Below, piece after piece: positions 27,505-36,594 of a DNA stretch of 64,000 nt (positions are counted from its first letter, which is position 1; every line of letters begins with the position of its first letter). The notes beneath the pieces are model-generated. The model was not told the DNA's origin. It worked only from the letters and a program-made list of their open reading frames with translations, and ran no database searches. The stretch comes from an uncultured delta proteobacterium (lineage in GTDB: Bacteria; Desulfobacterota; BSN033; UBA1163), in assembly GCA_963827685.1 (NCBI GenBank), contig CAWHBU010000005.1:128001-192000 (forward strand), read 5' to 3'. Position numbers and translations under genes: made by a program.

Positions 27505-28983
27505 TTAATATTTGGATTTAAATATTAAATATTTTTCTCGATCTTTAACGGTAAGCCGAGGGCCTTCTTGGACTGAAAAATCCTTCTGAACTAACTCTAT
27601 AAGTTGGGGATAGTCTCTTTTGATATTCTTTTCTTCGGCCACAATATATTTAATCCCATCCGCTCTGGCTTCACGGATATTCTTCTCATAATTCAATTTA
27701 TCCATTATCAAGAGTTCGCCTCCAGCATAATAGGCCACTAAATGGGCGTCAGTCATTATTAATGGTTTCCCGATTTCTTGATGTCTTATCCAAAGGCCGA
27801 TGGCCTTTCTACCAAGTTTTTCCACCCGGTAGGGGTGTAGGAGAACAGGCAAAAACACAATGAAAATAAGAACGAACAGACCTGTGGTCACTCTATTGGG
27901 AGAAAAATGTACCCTTCTCACTACCTTGTCCTGAATCTCCACAGCTCCGGCCCCCGCCCATAGATAAGAGAGAAAAATCGGGAAAAAGAGGTATCTCTGG
28001 GATGAAAACATCATCAAGCCGATAATGATTAGGTAGCCAAAGATAAAAGAAAATAGAAACATTTCCTTGAAAAAGTCTCGTGGTATCGTCTTTCTTCTAA
28101 TGAGGCCTGCCAACAAAAATAGAAATAGAATGGGATGGTACACTTTTATTATTTTCTTGATCAATGGGAAAGGTCCCCTTTCAACTCCAGCAATTTCAAT
28201 CTTCTTATCAAAAAGAATAGACTCTACCAAATCGCCCACGGTTACTATCGACCTACTGATGTCCCACTTTCCTGTAACCGCCTTGACATTTATCATCAGA
28301 GGTATAACAACCGCTGCGCAAAGAGTCAGAACAAGAAAGAGATAGCACAATCTTTTGTAAAGATTCGCGTCGAAATATTTCCTTTTTAGAAATAAGATCC
28401 AGAAGATGAACACCGGAATAAGTATCAGAGATGCAACCCGGGTTAGGACAGCCATAAGTGTTATAAGGATTGAAGCCACAAGCCAGGATATTCTTCTATG
28501 CTTCAGAAAAAGATAGAATAAGAAGATGGCGGAGAATAGCAAAAAAATCAAAAGCCCTTCTTTTAATACGTCTGCTGACCGCTGGAGCATTTCTGGATTC
28601 AAAAAATAGAAAATCCCTGACCAAAATGCTGCGGCTTCTCCAAATATGGATTTTCCCAAAAGAAACAGGGGAATGACTGCTAAGATGCTTGAAATGAAAG
28701 AAATGAGTTGACCGGAAATCTCAAAATTTCCAATCATTTTTGCGAGTATAGAAATTAAATAAGGAAACAATGGCATTTGAGTTTGATGTAAGGCCTCCTG
28801 GTGCTCTCCCCAGGCAAATAATTTTGCTATTGGGATATAGCCGGCTGAATCAAGCGAAATCAGGTAGGTCTGAGAAAGAAAGATCATTCTCGTCAAAAAA
28901 CCAATTCCTAAGAGAACAGAAATACATTGCCAATCACTCCTGGAAATTATTTTGTACTCCTCAGGCCTTTGATTATTACTCAT
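27505..28983 (-). CDS. GT-C (ArnT/PMT-like) membrane glycosyltransferase
   Basis: DS..Y after first TM, PLFP, many TMs, soluble C-terminal domain. Confidence 0.75.
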   Translation of the reverse strand: MSNNQRPEEYKIISRSDWQCISVLLGIGFLTRMIFLSQTYLISLDSAGYIPIAKLFAWGEHQEALHQTQMPLFPYLISILAKMIGNFEISGQLISFISSILAVIPLFLLGKSIFGEAAAFWSGIFYFLNPEMLQRSADVLKEGLLIFLLFSAIFLFYLFLKHRRISWLVASILITLMAVLTRVASLILIPVFIFWILFLKRKYFDANLYKRLCYLFLVLTLCAAVVIPLMINVKAVTGKWDISRSIVTVGDLVESILFDKKIEIAGVERGPFPLIKKIIKVYHPILFLFLLAGLIRRKTIPRDFFKEMFLFSFIFGYLIIIGLMMFSSQRYLFFPIFLSYLWAGAGAVEIQDKVVRRVHFSPNRVTTGLFVLIFIVFLPVLLHPYRVEKLGRKAIGLWIRHQEIGKPLIMTDAHLVAYYAGGELLIMDKLNYEKNIREARADGIKYIVAEEKNIKRDYPQLIELVQKDFSVQEGPRLTVKDREKYLIFKSKY

Positions 28984-30820
28984 AGATAATTTGACATCTT
29001 CTTACAAAAAGGTTTCTATCCTCAATGTTTTTTGTTTTTTCATCAACCTTCCAAAAATCATTTGTAAATGAAATGCTTAGACTGTACTTTCCTGGGTTAA
29101 CCGCTTTCCTAAATTCATAATCCTTCAATTTCTCTGATGTGACATCAATCTCACCCATGATTTCATTATCAAGTTTTACTACCATGTGAGGCCAGATGCC
29201 TCTTGCTGGTGTCCCGTGCGCCTGCAAGATAAATTTAGTATTGCCCTCTTTCAAGATAACAGGCACAGATACAGTCCCCTGCCAATACATGTCTCCATTT
29301 TGATAAACGTTTTCCCCTGCTTTACCCTTCCAATCTGCTGCTTCAACAACTTTGCTTGCAACTTTTTCGATTAAATTACCCATCTCAATGGCTTTCTCTT
29401 CCAAACCCATCTTTGCATATAGCTTCTTTAGATGATAAAATCCTCCAATATTTTTCTTGTCCAGTACGCTCAATTTTTCAAAAACCTCAACAGCTTTAAG
29501 GTCTTGGTGAATATTTTCGTATCCTATCCCAAGATAATAATATCCCTCAGCGAAGTTCGGATTTAATCTGACCACCTTCTCTAATGCATGACATCCATCC
29601 AGATATTGCCTGGATTCAAGATATGCCCTACCTAAAAAGAAATAAGCTTCATAATTATGAGGAATAAATTCTGCTGCCTTTAGAAGGTATTTGATAGCCA
29701 ACTGTGTCAGTTCTTCTTTAAACAGTCCTTCCCCTATAATAAGATAATCTTCTGCATGCTCAAAAGACATCGGATGCGTTTCTTGAAGGTTTCTGATAAA
29801 TTCTAAGGCTTTGTCTATCTTCCCATCTTTTATAAATGCGTGGATGTAGGGCGGATAAAGGTTCATTTCTCTTGGTCTTAAGAATATTAACTTTCTATAG
29901 GCCTCATAGGCCTTCTTCCAGTCTTTTTGCTTGTAGAAAATTTCAGCAAGACCCCGATTCGCTTCAAAGTTAAAAGCCTGATTAACCAAAATTTCCCTAT
30001 AGTAATTAGAAGCCTCGTTGAAACTCCCTTTCTCCGTGCTCATTTTTCCAAGCTCATTCATGGCCATAGTATCAACGAATTCTATCTTGGGCATTTTATT
30101 AAGCTTTAATAAATCATGCCACAACTTTTCCTCCGACCTTGTATGAAGAGCCTTATGGTAAGCAGTATAGACTATGTAGGTCTTTAAGGCCCCTATTCCA
30201 ATAAGGAGAATCAGAACCCCTAATGTGGCGGGTTTTAAAAAAATATCCATTTTTCTCGGAGACAGGTATTTTAGAGATAAATTTAGAGAATAGAATAGGA
30301 CGAACCCAGAGGCAATTATAATATAGATAGAGTAATCAGGGATGAGTTTTGCTTGTGGCGATATTTCGTCGATATTCAGAACGAAAAGAAAAAACATTGC
30401 TAAGCTAACCAAAATAATCCCTGGATTGGCTTTATTTATTAAATCATGAAAAGTTTGATTGGAGTCTTGAACCGGCGGAGAATCAACTCTAATTTTTTGA
30501 TATGAAACCAAAGATACGGATCCTACAAAGATAATAAGCAGGGTAAGCCACCCAGGAATTGAGAGGAACCACCAGTTGATGTTTCCAGGATGAAAGTTGT
30601 TGATGTAGAATTGACTGAGGAGGAAAATTAAAAGGAAAATAAGAAAATTATTCCATGCGCCCGGAGTTATTCTCCTGAATTTGAGACCAATCACATATAG
30701 ACAAATCAGAATAAATAGAAATAGATTTTCCTTCCAATTCAAATGGGAATAGGCGAAAATACATATAAACAAAAACAGATACACACTAACCGAAAGGATA
30801 AGGGGGATTCTTTTCATCAT
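28976..30820 (-). CDS. Membrane protein with TPR repeats and C-terminal carbohydrate-binding-like domain
   Basis: ~7 N-terminal TMs; TPR motifs (AYFFLGRAY, GYYYLGIGY); WPHMVV...FTND...DRNLFV resembles Ca-dependent CBM. Confidence 0.7.
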   Translation of the reverse strand: MMKRIPLILSVSVYLFLFICIFAYSHLNWKENLFLFILICLYVIGLKFRRITPGAWNNFLIFLLIFLLSQFYINNFHPGNINWWFLSIPGWLTLLIIFVGSVSLVSYQKIRVDSPPVQDSNQTFHDLINKANPGIILVSLAMFFLFVLNIDEISPQAKLIPDYSIYIIIASGFVLFYSLNLSLKYLSPRKMDIFLKPATLGVLILLIGIGALKTYIVYTAYHKALHTRSEEKLWHDLLKLNKMPKIEFVDTMAMNELGKMSTEKGSFNEASNYYREILVNQAFNFEANRGLAEIFYKQKDWKKAYEAYRKLIFLRPREMNLYPPYIHAFIKDGKIDKALEFIRNLQETHPMSFEHAEDYLIIGEGLFKEELTQLAIKYLLKAAEFIPHNYEAYFFLGRAYLESRQYLDGCHALEKVVRLNPNFAEGYYYLGIGYENIHQDLKAVEVFEKLSVLDKKNIGGFYHLKKLYAKMGLEEKAIEMGNLIEKVASKVVEAADWKGKAGENVYQNGDMYWQGTVSVPVILKEGNTKFILQAHGTPARGIWPHMVVKLDNEIMGEIDVTSEKLKDYEFRKAVNPGKYSLSISFTNDFWKVDEKTKNIEDRNLFVRRCQIIYE

Positions 30821-30869
30821 CAGGAAATCAGAAGAAAAGCAGTAGAACGGAACCGGGAGTGAGAAGAGA

Positions 30870-31544
30870 TCACTTTTTTAGGTTTTTGAAGGCTTTCTTA
30901 GCGTCGTCCATAAACTGCTTTACGGTCTCGCGGGAATACTTGTGATCAACCCATTTCGTAAGAAATTGGGGGGGAATGGTAATGATATGAGCGCCAGCTA
31001 CAGCTGCATTCTGGATGTCGATCACACTCCGAATACTTCCCACTATAATCTTTGTCTTAAAACCCCAAGATTCGAGCCATTTGACTGACATAGAAATTAA
31101 CTCCCAGGGATCGCCTCCCTCATCTGCAACTCTCCCAGAAAAGATGCTCGAGTAGGTTGCTCCAGATTTGGCTGAGAGTGCCATCTGGCCGAAAGATAGT
31201 GCGGCTGTGGCATTGACCCGAATTCCTTCATCCTCAAGAGTTTTGATTACCTCAAGACATGGTTCCCCGAACTGACTAATTATAGGGATTTTAATCACGA
31301 CGTTTTTAGCCCATGAAGAGAATTCTCGGGCCTGGCTCAACATCTCTTCAGGGTTATCAGTGACAACCTCCACACTTACAGGTTTTCCATCTAAGATAGC
31401 AGCAATATCCTTCGTTCCTTTTTCCATATCACTAACACCATCCTTAAGCATGATAGTTGGATTAGTTGTTACACCGTCGGCGATTCCATACCTAACCCAC
31501 TTCTCGATCTCCCTAATGTTGGCCGAATCAATAAAGATTTGCAT
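30870..31544 (-). CDS. Transaldolase (short TalC/Fsa type)
   Basis: IFIDSA, GVTTNPT, SVEV, VIKIP Schiff-base Lys, FSGR. Confidence 0.9.
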   Translation of the reverse strand: MQIFIDSANIREIEKWVRYGIADGVTTNPTIMLKDGVSDMEKGTKDIAAILDGKPVSVEVVTDNPEEMLSQAREFSSWAKNVVIKIPIISQFGEPCLEVIKTLEDEGIRVNATAALSFGQMALSAKSGATYSSIFSGRVADEGGDPWELISMSVKWLESWGFKTKIIVGSIRSVIDIQNAAVAGAHIITIPPQFLTKWVDHKYSRETVKQFMDDAKKAFKNLKK

Positions 31545-31577
31545 AAGGCCCCCTACTTATAGGTTATAGGTGATTGG

Positions 31578-32135
31578 TTACATGCTAGAGATTTTGATGA
31601 TTTCAACGGCTTCTAAAAGCGAATTTACACGAAAGTCGCATCGGATATCTCGGTTATAAAGGGCATCCAATAAAATAGTTTTACAGCCAGCGGCTTTACC
31701 GGCTTCCATATCTTTCCACGTATCGCCAACAATAAATGACGACGAAAGATCGATTTCCCATCGGGAGGCTGCTTCGAGCAACATCCCGGGTTTGGGTTTT
31801 CGACATGAACATTGATGGATATCATCATGAGGACAGACATAGACATTATCAATAGGGATTTCCCCGCACATTCGTTCCGTCATCAGATCGAGAACGCCTT
31901 GAGTGATTTCACCTCTATCCAAATCGGGCTGGTTGCTTACGACCAAGATCTTATATCCTAATTCCTTCATCTTACAAACAGCTTCTCGAATTCCATCATT
32001 AAGAACAAATTCGTCATATTTCCTCGGTGAATAGGGCTTACCATCACACAGAATCACCTTGTTAATCACTCCATCCCTATCGAGAAAAACAGCTCTTTCC
32101 TTGAATAAGGTCTTGGGTTTTGGGTTACAGGTCAT
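31578..32135 (-). CDS. gmhB: Heptose-bisphosphate phosphatase (GmhB-like HAD)
   Basis: FLDRDGVIN, SNQ, CPH...CSCRKPKPG, VGD. Confidence 0.9.
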   Translation of the reverse strand: MTCNPKPKTLFKERAVFLDRDGVINKVILCDGKPYSPRKYDEFVLNDGIREAVCKMKELGYKILVVSNQPDLDRGEITQGVLDLMTERMCGEIPIDNVYVCPHDDIHQCSCRKPKPGMLLEAASRWEIDLSSSFIVGDTWKDMEAGKAAGCKTILLDALYNRDIRCDFRVNSLLEAVEIIKISSM

Positions 32136-32142
32136 GGGTAAC
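32108..32142. repeat. Heptamer array 3' of four-helix-bundle gene 1
   Basis: AGGTCTT GGGTTTT GGGTTAC AGGTCAT GGGTAAC. Confidence 0.75.
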
Positions 32143-32184
32143 AAAAGCAAGGTAATGATCGGAGATAGGTAAATAAAAAGATTC

Positions 32185-32573
32185 CTATTCCTTTCTGGAG
32201 GATTTCCAGATCTCTAAAGATTTTTCAAGGGCTGTTAACATTCGACCACATTCATCGTACCGATTCATAAGGTCATCAAATTTATCTTTTTCAAAATAAT
32301 TTTTTTAAAAACCATTTTGAGATGATGCTTTGATTCTCTTATTTCAGCATGTGCTCTGTTGATTCCTTCCAAATACATGTTAATATGTCTATTATTCCAG
32401 CCCTCAGCTATGTTAGCAGGAGCAGAATTTGAGGAGCGCCTTAACTGAGAACCAAGTTCAAAGAGTTCGAAACTTGGAAATGTAAAAGTTAGCTCATTTA
32501 CTTCTAAATGAAGTTCACATAACTTCTGATATACCTCCAAATCCTCAAAACTCTTAATCCTCTTTTTTCCCAT
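32185..32573 (-). pseudogene. Four-helix-bundle protein (TIGR02436/23S-IVP-like), frameshifted in an A7 run
   Basis: SFEDLEVYQ, QLRRSSNS.PANIAEG; adding one A at 32300-32306 gives ...KKNYFEKDKFDDLMNRYDECGRMLTALEKSLEIWKSSRKE*. Confidence 0.85.
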
Positions 32574-32653
32574 TTGCTAACATGCTTTTTAAATTATGAA
32601 AGCATTCCTAATACATTACTTAATCCCGCCCATGTTATGTATGAAAGTAATTT

Positions 32654-32688
32654 ACCTAAAACCTCTAACCTAACACCAAAAACCTATC
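32654..32688. repeat. Heptamer array 5' of four-helix-bundle gene 1 (inverted to 32108-32142)
   Basis: ACCTAAA ACCTCTA ACCTAAC ACCAAAA ACCTATC. Confidence 0.75.
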
Positions 32689-33286
32689 TCTTCTGAACAC
32701 TTTCCCACTTCATTTCTGATATCTTGAGGGAAGGATGCGAAACGATAAGGTGTAAAATAATACTTTGAAAAGATTCGGTATGAGGGGTAATTGTCTCCTG
32801 GTTAACTGTTGGCACAATTACACATGCATCAGCAATCTTTGCTGTATACCCCCCATCTCTACCAACAATTCCCAAGACTTTTGCCCCTATTTCCTTTGCA
32901 TAATCCAAGGCGCGGATTAGATTAACACTGATATTCTTTTCCGAGTTCCCTCCTCCCACAGAGAGCACAAACACACTATCACCGGAAGTAAGTTTACTTC
33001 CCTTTAACCAATCAACAAAAACAGATTCCCAGCCACTGTCATTCGTCCGTGCGGTTAATTCAGAGACATTGTCTATTGGCGTATAGGCTTCGATCCCACA
33101 AATCTTTCTGAAGTCATTGACAGCATGAGAGGCGTTTGCAGCCCCCCCACCTACTCCCAGAAAGAAAAGACGACCGCCTCTTCCTCGCAGTTCAATTATT
33201 GATTCCGCTATTCGCTGAATATCGCCCTTGTTGAGTGACTGAATTACCTTTTGTGTCTCACTCAAGTATTGATCTATATAGTGCAT
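32684..33286 (-). CDS. gmhA: Phosphoheptose isomerase-like SIS protein (GmhA-like)
   Basis: G.GGGAANASH, TARTND.GW, GRDGG, HTES.Q. Confidence 0.85.
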   Translation of the reverse strand: MHYIDQYLSETQKVIQSLNKGDIQRIAESIIELRGRGGRLFFLGVGGGAANASHAVNDFRKICGIEAYTPIDNVSELTARTNDSGWESVFVDWLKGSKLTSGDSVFVLSVGGGNSEKNISVNLIRALDYAKEIGAKVLGIVGRDGGYTAKIADACVIVPTVNQETITPHTESFQSIILHLIVSHPSLKISEMKWESVQKR

Positions 33287-33300
33287 AAGGGCCTCGAAAA

Positions 33301-33340
33301 GTTGATAAGTTTATGAGTTAATAGGTTGATGGGTTATAAA
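33301..33340. repeat. Octamer array 3' of four-helix-bundle gene 2
   Basis: GTTGATAA GTTTATGA GTTAATAG GTTGATGG GTTATAAA. Confidence 0.8.
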
Positions 33341-33358
33341 AAATGTAAAAAGCGATAC

Positions 33359-33760
33359 CTATGAATCCTTATTTTTGCAGCGCTGGAGGTAATTGATGTA
33401 GCCGTTGACAAGGCCAACAGCATTGCTAATAAGCGCACGTCCAGTAGAATAATCTTCTTGGGTAATAAATCCGTCATCCAAAGAAGTGAGCAATTGATCA
33501 ATAAGTTCGTGGAGCGAGCCGCGACTTTGTCTGCAAAACTGAATATTCTCTTGAAAGTGAAACCTCCCGAAGCCTTCTGCTATGTTATGAGTGGTTGACC
33601 GAGCAGCACGTATCATGTCGTCAACGAGACGAAACTTTTCTTCTGGTGGATATTTTTTCACAAGTTTTGATGCAAATCTACGAACCTCGGAACATGCTTT
33701 CCAAGAGTCAAGCTCCTCAAAGCTCGTAAACCTTTTTTTCTTAGAACTTTCTTCATCCAC
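33359..33760 (-). CDS. Four-helix-bundle protein (TIGR02436/23S-IVP-like)
   Basis: SFEELDSW, P.EEKF.L, RAARS...NIAEGFGR, SRGSL.E. Confidence 0.92.
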   Translation of the reverse strand: MDEESSKKKRFTSFEELDSWKACSEVRRFASKLVKKYPPEEKFRLVDDMIRAARSTTHNIAEGFGRFHFQENIQFCRQSRGSLHELIDQLLTSLDDGFITQEDYSTGRALISNAVGLVNGYINYLQRCKNKDS

Positions 33761-33763
33761 TGC

Positions 33764-33802
33764 CTTATAATCTATTAACTTATCAACATATCAACATTTA
33801 AC
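33764..33802. repeat. Octamer array 5' of four-helix-bundle gene 2 (inverted to 33301-33340)
   Basis: CTTATAAT CTATTAAC TTATCAAC ATATCAAC ATTTAAC. Confidence 0.8.
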
Positions 33803-33809
33803 TTTTCAG

Positions 33810-34757
33810 TTACGGGATTCTACCAGTTGCCATTTCTTGCCGGATATAATCAATTGAATTCTGTAACCCTACATCAAGCGGTGTCTTCGGTTTCCAGTCG
33901 AGACTTTCTGCCTGAGTAATATCAGCCAGAGTCACTTGAGCTTCCCCAGGAAGATCATCTTTATAAATGGGATCTGGATTAACTCCAAGGATTCTTGAGA
34001 TTTTATCAAGGATCTCGAGAACAGAATAATTTTCTCCTGAACCGATATTAAACGTTTTTCCATTCGTTCGGTCGTCCCGGATACAAATTAGATGGAAATC
34101 ATTCACATCATCTACATAGACAAAGTCGCGTCTTTTTTCACCAGTTCCATAAATGATCGGCTGCTCACCTTTAAGGAGCTTAATCATAAAGGCGCTCATC
34201 ATGGGGGGAATTGTACGTCGATAATCCTGAACTGGGCCATAGACGCAGAAGTATCGTAACGCTGTAAATCTTAGACCATAAAATTCCCCATACGCTTTGG
34301 CAAAATAAAGAGAAGCCAACTTACTTACTGCATAAAAACTTTCTGGTTTTAATTCCCATTCCGGAGTGGGATAAACGGATGATCCCTCATAAAGCGCAGA
34401 ACTCTCAGCATACACAACCTTTCTCACCCCTGCCCTTCTTGAGGCCTCAAAGACATTTACTGTCCCGGAGACATTGACCTCCGCGGTCTCCACAGGGTCA
34501 GCCTGGCAATCCGCAATACAGTTTTTAGCCGCAAGATGAAAAACCGTATCGACCTCCCTAAATAACGGAATTATCTCTTTCTCCCTAATATCCAGGCAGT
34601 AAAAGTCCACTCCATCTGGAACATTTTCCCTCAGGCCGTAGGCCAGATTGTCAATTCCCGAAACTTCATACCCTTCGGCAAGAAGCCTTGCCGCCAAGTT
34701 GGAGCCAATAAATCCAGCAACACCCGTTATTAAGATTTTTCCTTTATCAGACATCAT
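33810..34757 (-). CDS. NAD-dependent nucleotide-sugar epimerase/dehydratase
   Basis: TGVAGFIGS, YAVSK, RYFCVYGP. Confidence 0.92.
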   Translation of the reverse strand: MMSDKGKILITGVAGFIGSNLAARLLAEGYEVSGIDNLAYGLRENVPDGVDFYCLDIREKEIIPLFREVDTVFHLAAKNCIADCQADPVETAEVNVSGTVNVFEASRRAGVRKVVYAESSALYEGSSVYPTPEWELKPESFYAVSKLASLYFAKAYGEFYGLRFTALRYFCVYGPVQDYRRTIPPMMSAFMIKLLKGEQPIIYGTGEKRRDFVYVDDVNDFHLICIRDDRTNGKTFNIGSGENYSVLEILDKISRILGVNPDPIYKDDLPGEAQVTLADITQAESLDWKPKTPLDVGLQNSIDYIRQEMATGRIP

Positions 34758-34806
34758 TTAATCAAGAAATCATCCTCATTTCTTATCAAACGATTTCTCT
34801 AACAAA

Positions 34807-35826
34807 TTACCAGTAAGGCGACCACCCATTTCTTGGATTGAATAAGTTTATGAGAACTTTGGTACCTTCAAAGTCGAACCGAAATCGCATTTCCCTTAGT
34901 CCTTCCTCAGCCATAGCCTTCCTCATGCGGTCTCGATGCTCTTCACAGTAAAACATGAAAAAACCTCCGCCGCCCGCGCCCATAATTTTCCCGCCGATAG
35001 CACCATTCTCTTTGGCTTTTTCATAGAGCCGATCAATTTTTGAATCAGATATTTTTCCTGAAAGATTTTTCTTGGTTTTCCAATGTTTGTCAAGGAGATA
35101 ACCAAACTTGGCCAAATTTCCGTCCTCTAAGGCACCTTTGATTTGGTATCCTATTTCTTTGATTCGGTGAAGAGTATCAACCACACGGCTATCTTCTTCT
35201 GCGGCTGCCTTACTTTGGGAAGAAAGAATGTCATTCGCTCCTCTTGAGATCCCTGTAAAGAAAAGAAGAATATTTTTTTCAAGCTCATCAATGGTGGCAT
35301 GACTTATCTGGCCATTACAAACTCCTACTTTGCCATCCTTTTCAATTTCTAAACACGTTAATCCTCCGAATGCGGCCAGATACTGATCATGTTTTCCTAT
35401 TGGCTTACCGAGAATGTCAATCTCGATTTTACAGGCCTCCTCAGCGAGATCTTGAAGGGTTAGTGAATCGCGTCTCAGAGCGTGAAGTGCGTTTAGTAAC
35501 CCAATAGTATAAGCACCGGAGGAGCCCAATCCAGTTCCTGCAGGCACGTCAGCCATTGAGACTATTTCGATTGCTTTCTTAAACCCAAGTAATTTTAAGG
35601 CTTCTCGCACAATTTCGTGTTGTACGTCATCTACTGAGGGAATCGTCTCGCTCTTGGAATATTTTACACGGATTAGATCGTCGACAATTGGCTGGTTCAA
35701 ACTGATGAACATGTATTTATCGATTGCCGCACTGAAAATAAAACCGCCATATTTGGAGTAATAGGAAGGAAGATCCGTACCTCCACCACCTAACGAAACT
35801 CGAAAAGGAGTACGTGTAATAATCAT
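34807..35826 (-). CDS. hddA: GHMP kinase, D-glycero-alpha-D-manno-heptose-7-phosphate kinase-like (HddA)
   Basis: TPFRVSLGGGGTD, PAGTGLGSSG, GAGGGGF. Confidence 0.9.
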   Translation of the reverse strand: MIITRTPFRVSLGGGGTDLPSYYSKYGGFIFSAAIDKYMFISLNQPIVDDLIRVKYSKSETIPSVDDVQHEIVREALKLLGFKKAIEIVSMADVPAGTGLGSSGAYTIGLLNALHALRRDSLTLQDLAEEACKIEIDILGKPIGKHDQYLAAFGGLTCLEIEKDGKVGVCNGQISHATIDELEKNILLFFTGISRGANDILSSQSKAAAEEDSRVVDTLHRIKEIGYQIKGALEDGNLAKFGYLLDKHWKTKKNLSGKISDSKIDRLYEKAKENGAIGGKIMGAGGGGFFMFYCEEHRDRMRKAMAEEGLREMRFRFDFEGTKVLINLFNPRNGWSPYW

Positions 35827-35841
35827 AATAAAACCCCCAAG

Positions 35842-36567
35842 TTATTGGTTAATTGTTATTCGATCTGCAAATATTCCTTGGACCCTTTCATAGTCTTCCA
35901 TCCTATCAATCCACCAGATTTGTTCGCCCGCACTGAATTTATAACCGTAAAGACTTTCACCTTTTGCCAATAGATTCGGTAGTATCTCCCTACCAAAGTC
36001 GGAAGGTGCGCCGGAGGGAATGTATTGAAACACCTGCTTCTCAAGCACTAAAACACCTGCGTTCACCCAATGACTGATCGCCTGGTTTGCCCGGGGCTTT
36101 TCTAAAAAATACGTAACCCTGTCATAGGCGTCGAGAGAAACCACGCCGCTCTGGCTCACTTCATCGCGGTAGTGAACCACGATTGTACCAATGCCCTGAT
36201 GTTCATGATGGAACGAAAGTAAACGGTTTAGATCGAAATCAATCAAATTATCGCCGTATATGACAAAAAAGGTGCCCTCAAAAAACCCCTCAAGCTTCTT
36301 AACAGCCCCTGCTGTGCCCAGAAGCTCAGGCTCATAGGAATAAGTAATGTTTACACCAAAACTCGAGCCATCACCGAAATGATTCATCACAACTTCAGGA
36401 CAATGATGCAGGTTAATAGCAATCTCATGGATTCCCGAACGGGAGAGGAAGTTAATGTTATGTTCCAGAATAGGCTTGCCAGCGATGGGAATCATGGGCT
36501 TGGGCAATGTCTCAGTAAGCGGACGGAGGCGTGTACCCTCACCTGCGGCGAGCAATAAAACCTTCAT
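35842..36567 (-). CDS. Sugar-1-phosphate nucleotidyltransferase (HddC-like)
   Basis: LAAGEGTRLRPLT..PKP, E..LLGTAG. Confidence 0.88.
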   Translation of the reverse strand: MKVLLLAAGEGTRLRPLTETLPKPMIPIAGKPILEHNINFLSRSGIHEIAINLHHCPEVVMNHFGDGSSFGVNITYSYEPELLGTAGAVKKLEGFFEGTFFVIYGDNLIDFDLNRLLSFHHEHQGIGTIVVHYRDEVSQSGVVSLDAYDRVTYFLEKPRANQAISHWVNAGVLVLEKQVFQYIPSGAPSDFGREILPNLLAKGESLYGYKFSAGEQIWWIDRMEDYERVQGIFADRITINQ

Positions 36568-36594
36568 GATTTTTGCAGAATTTTTGGATTGGGC

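Noticed and set aside
32185-33760. Diversity-generating retroelement (Avd-like four-helix bundles)
   Set aside because: No reverse transcriptase and no TR/VR pair with adenine-specific mismatches in the window
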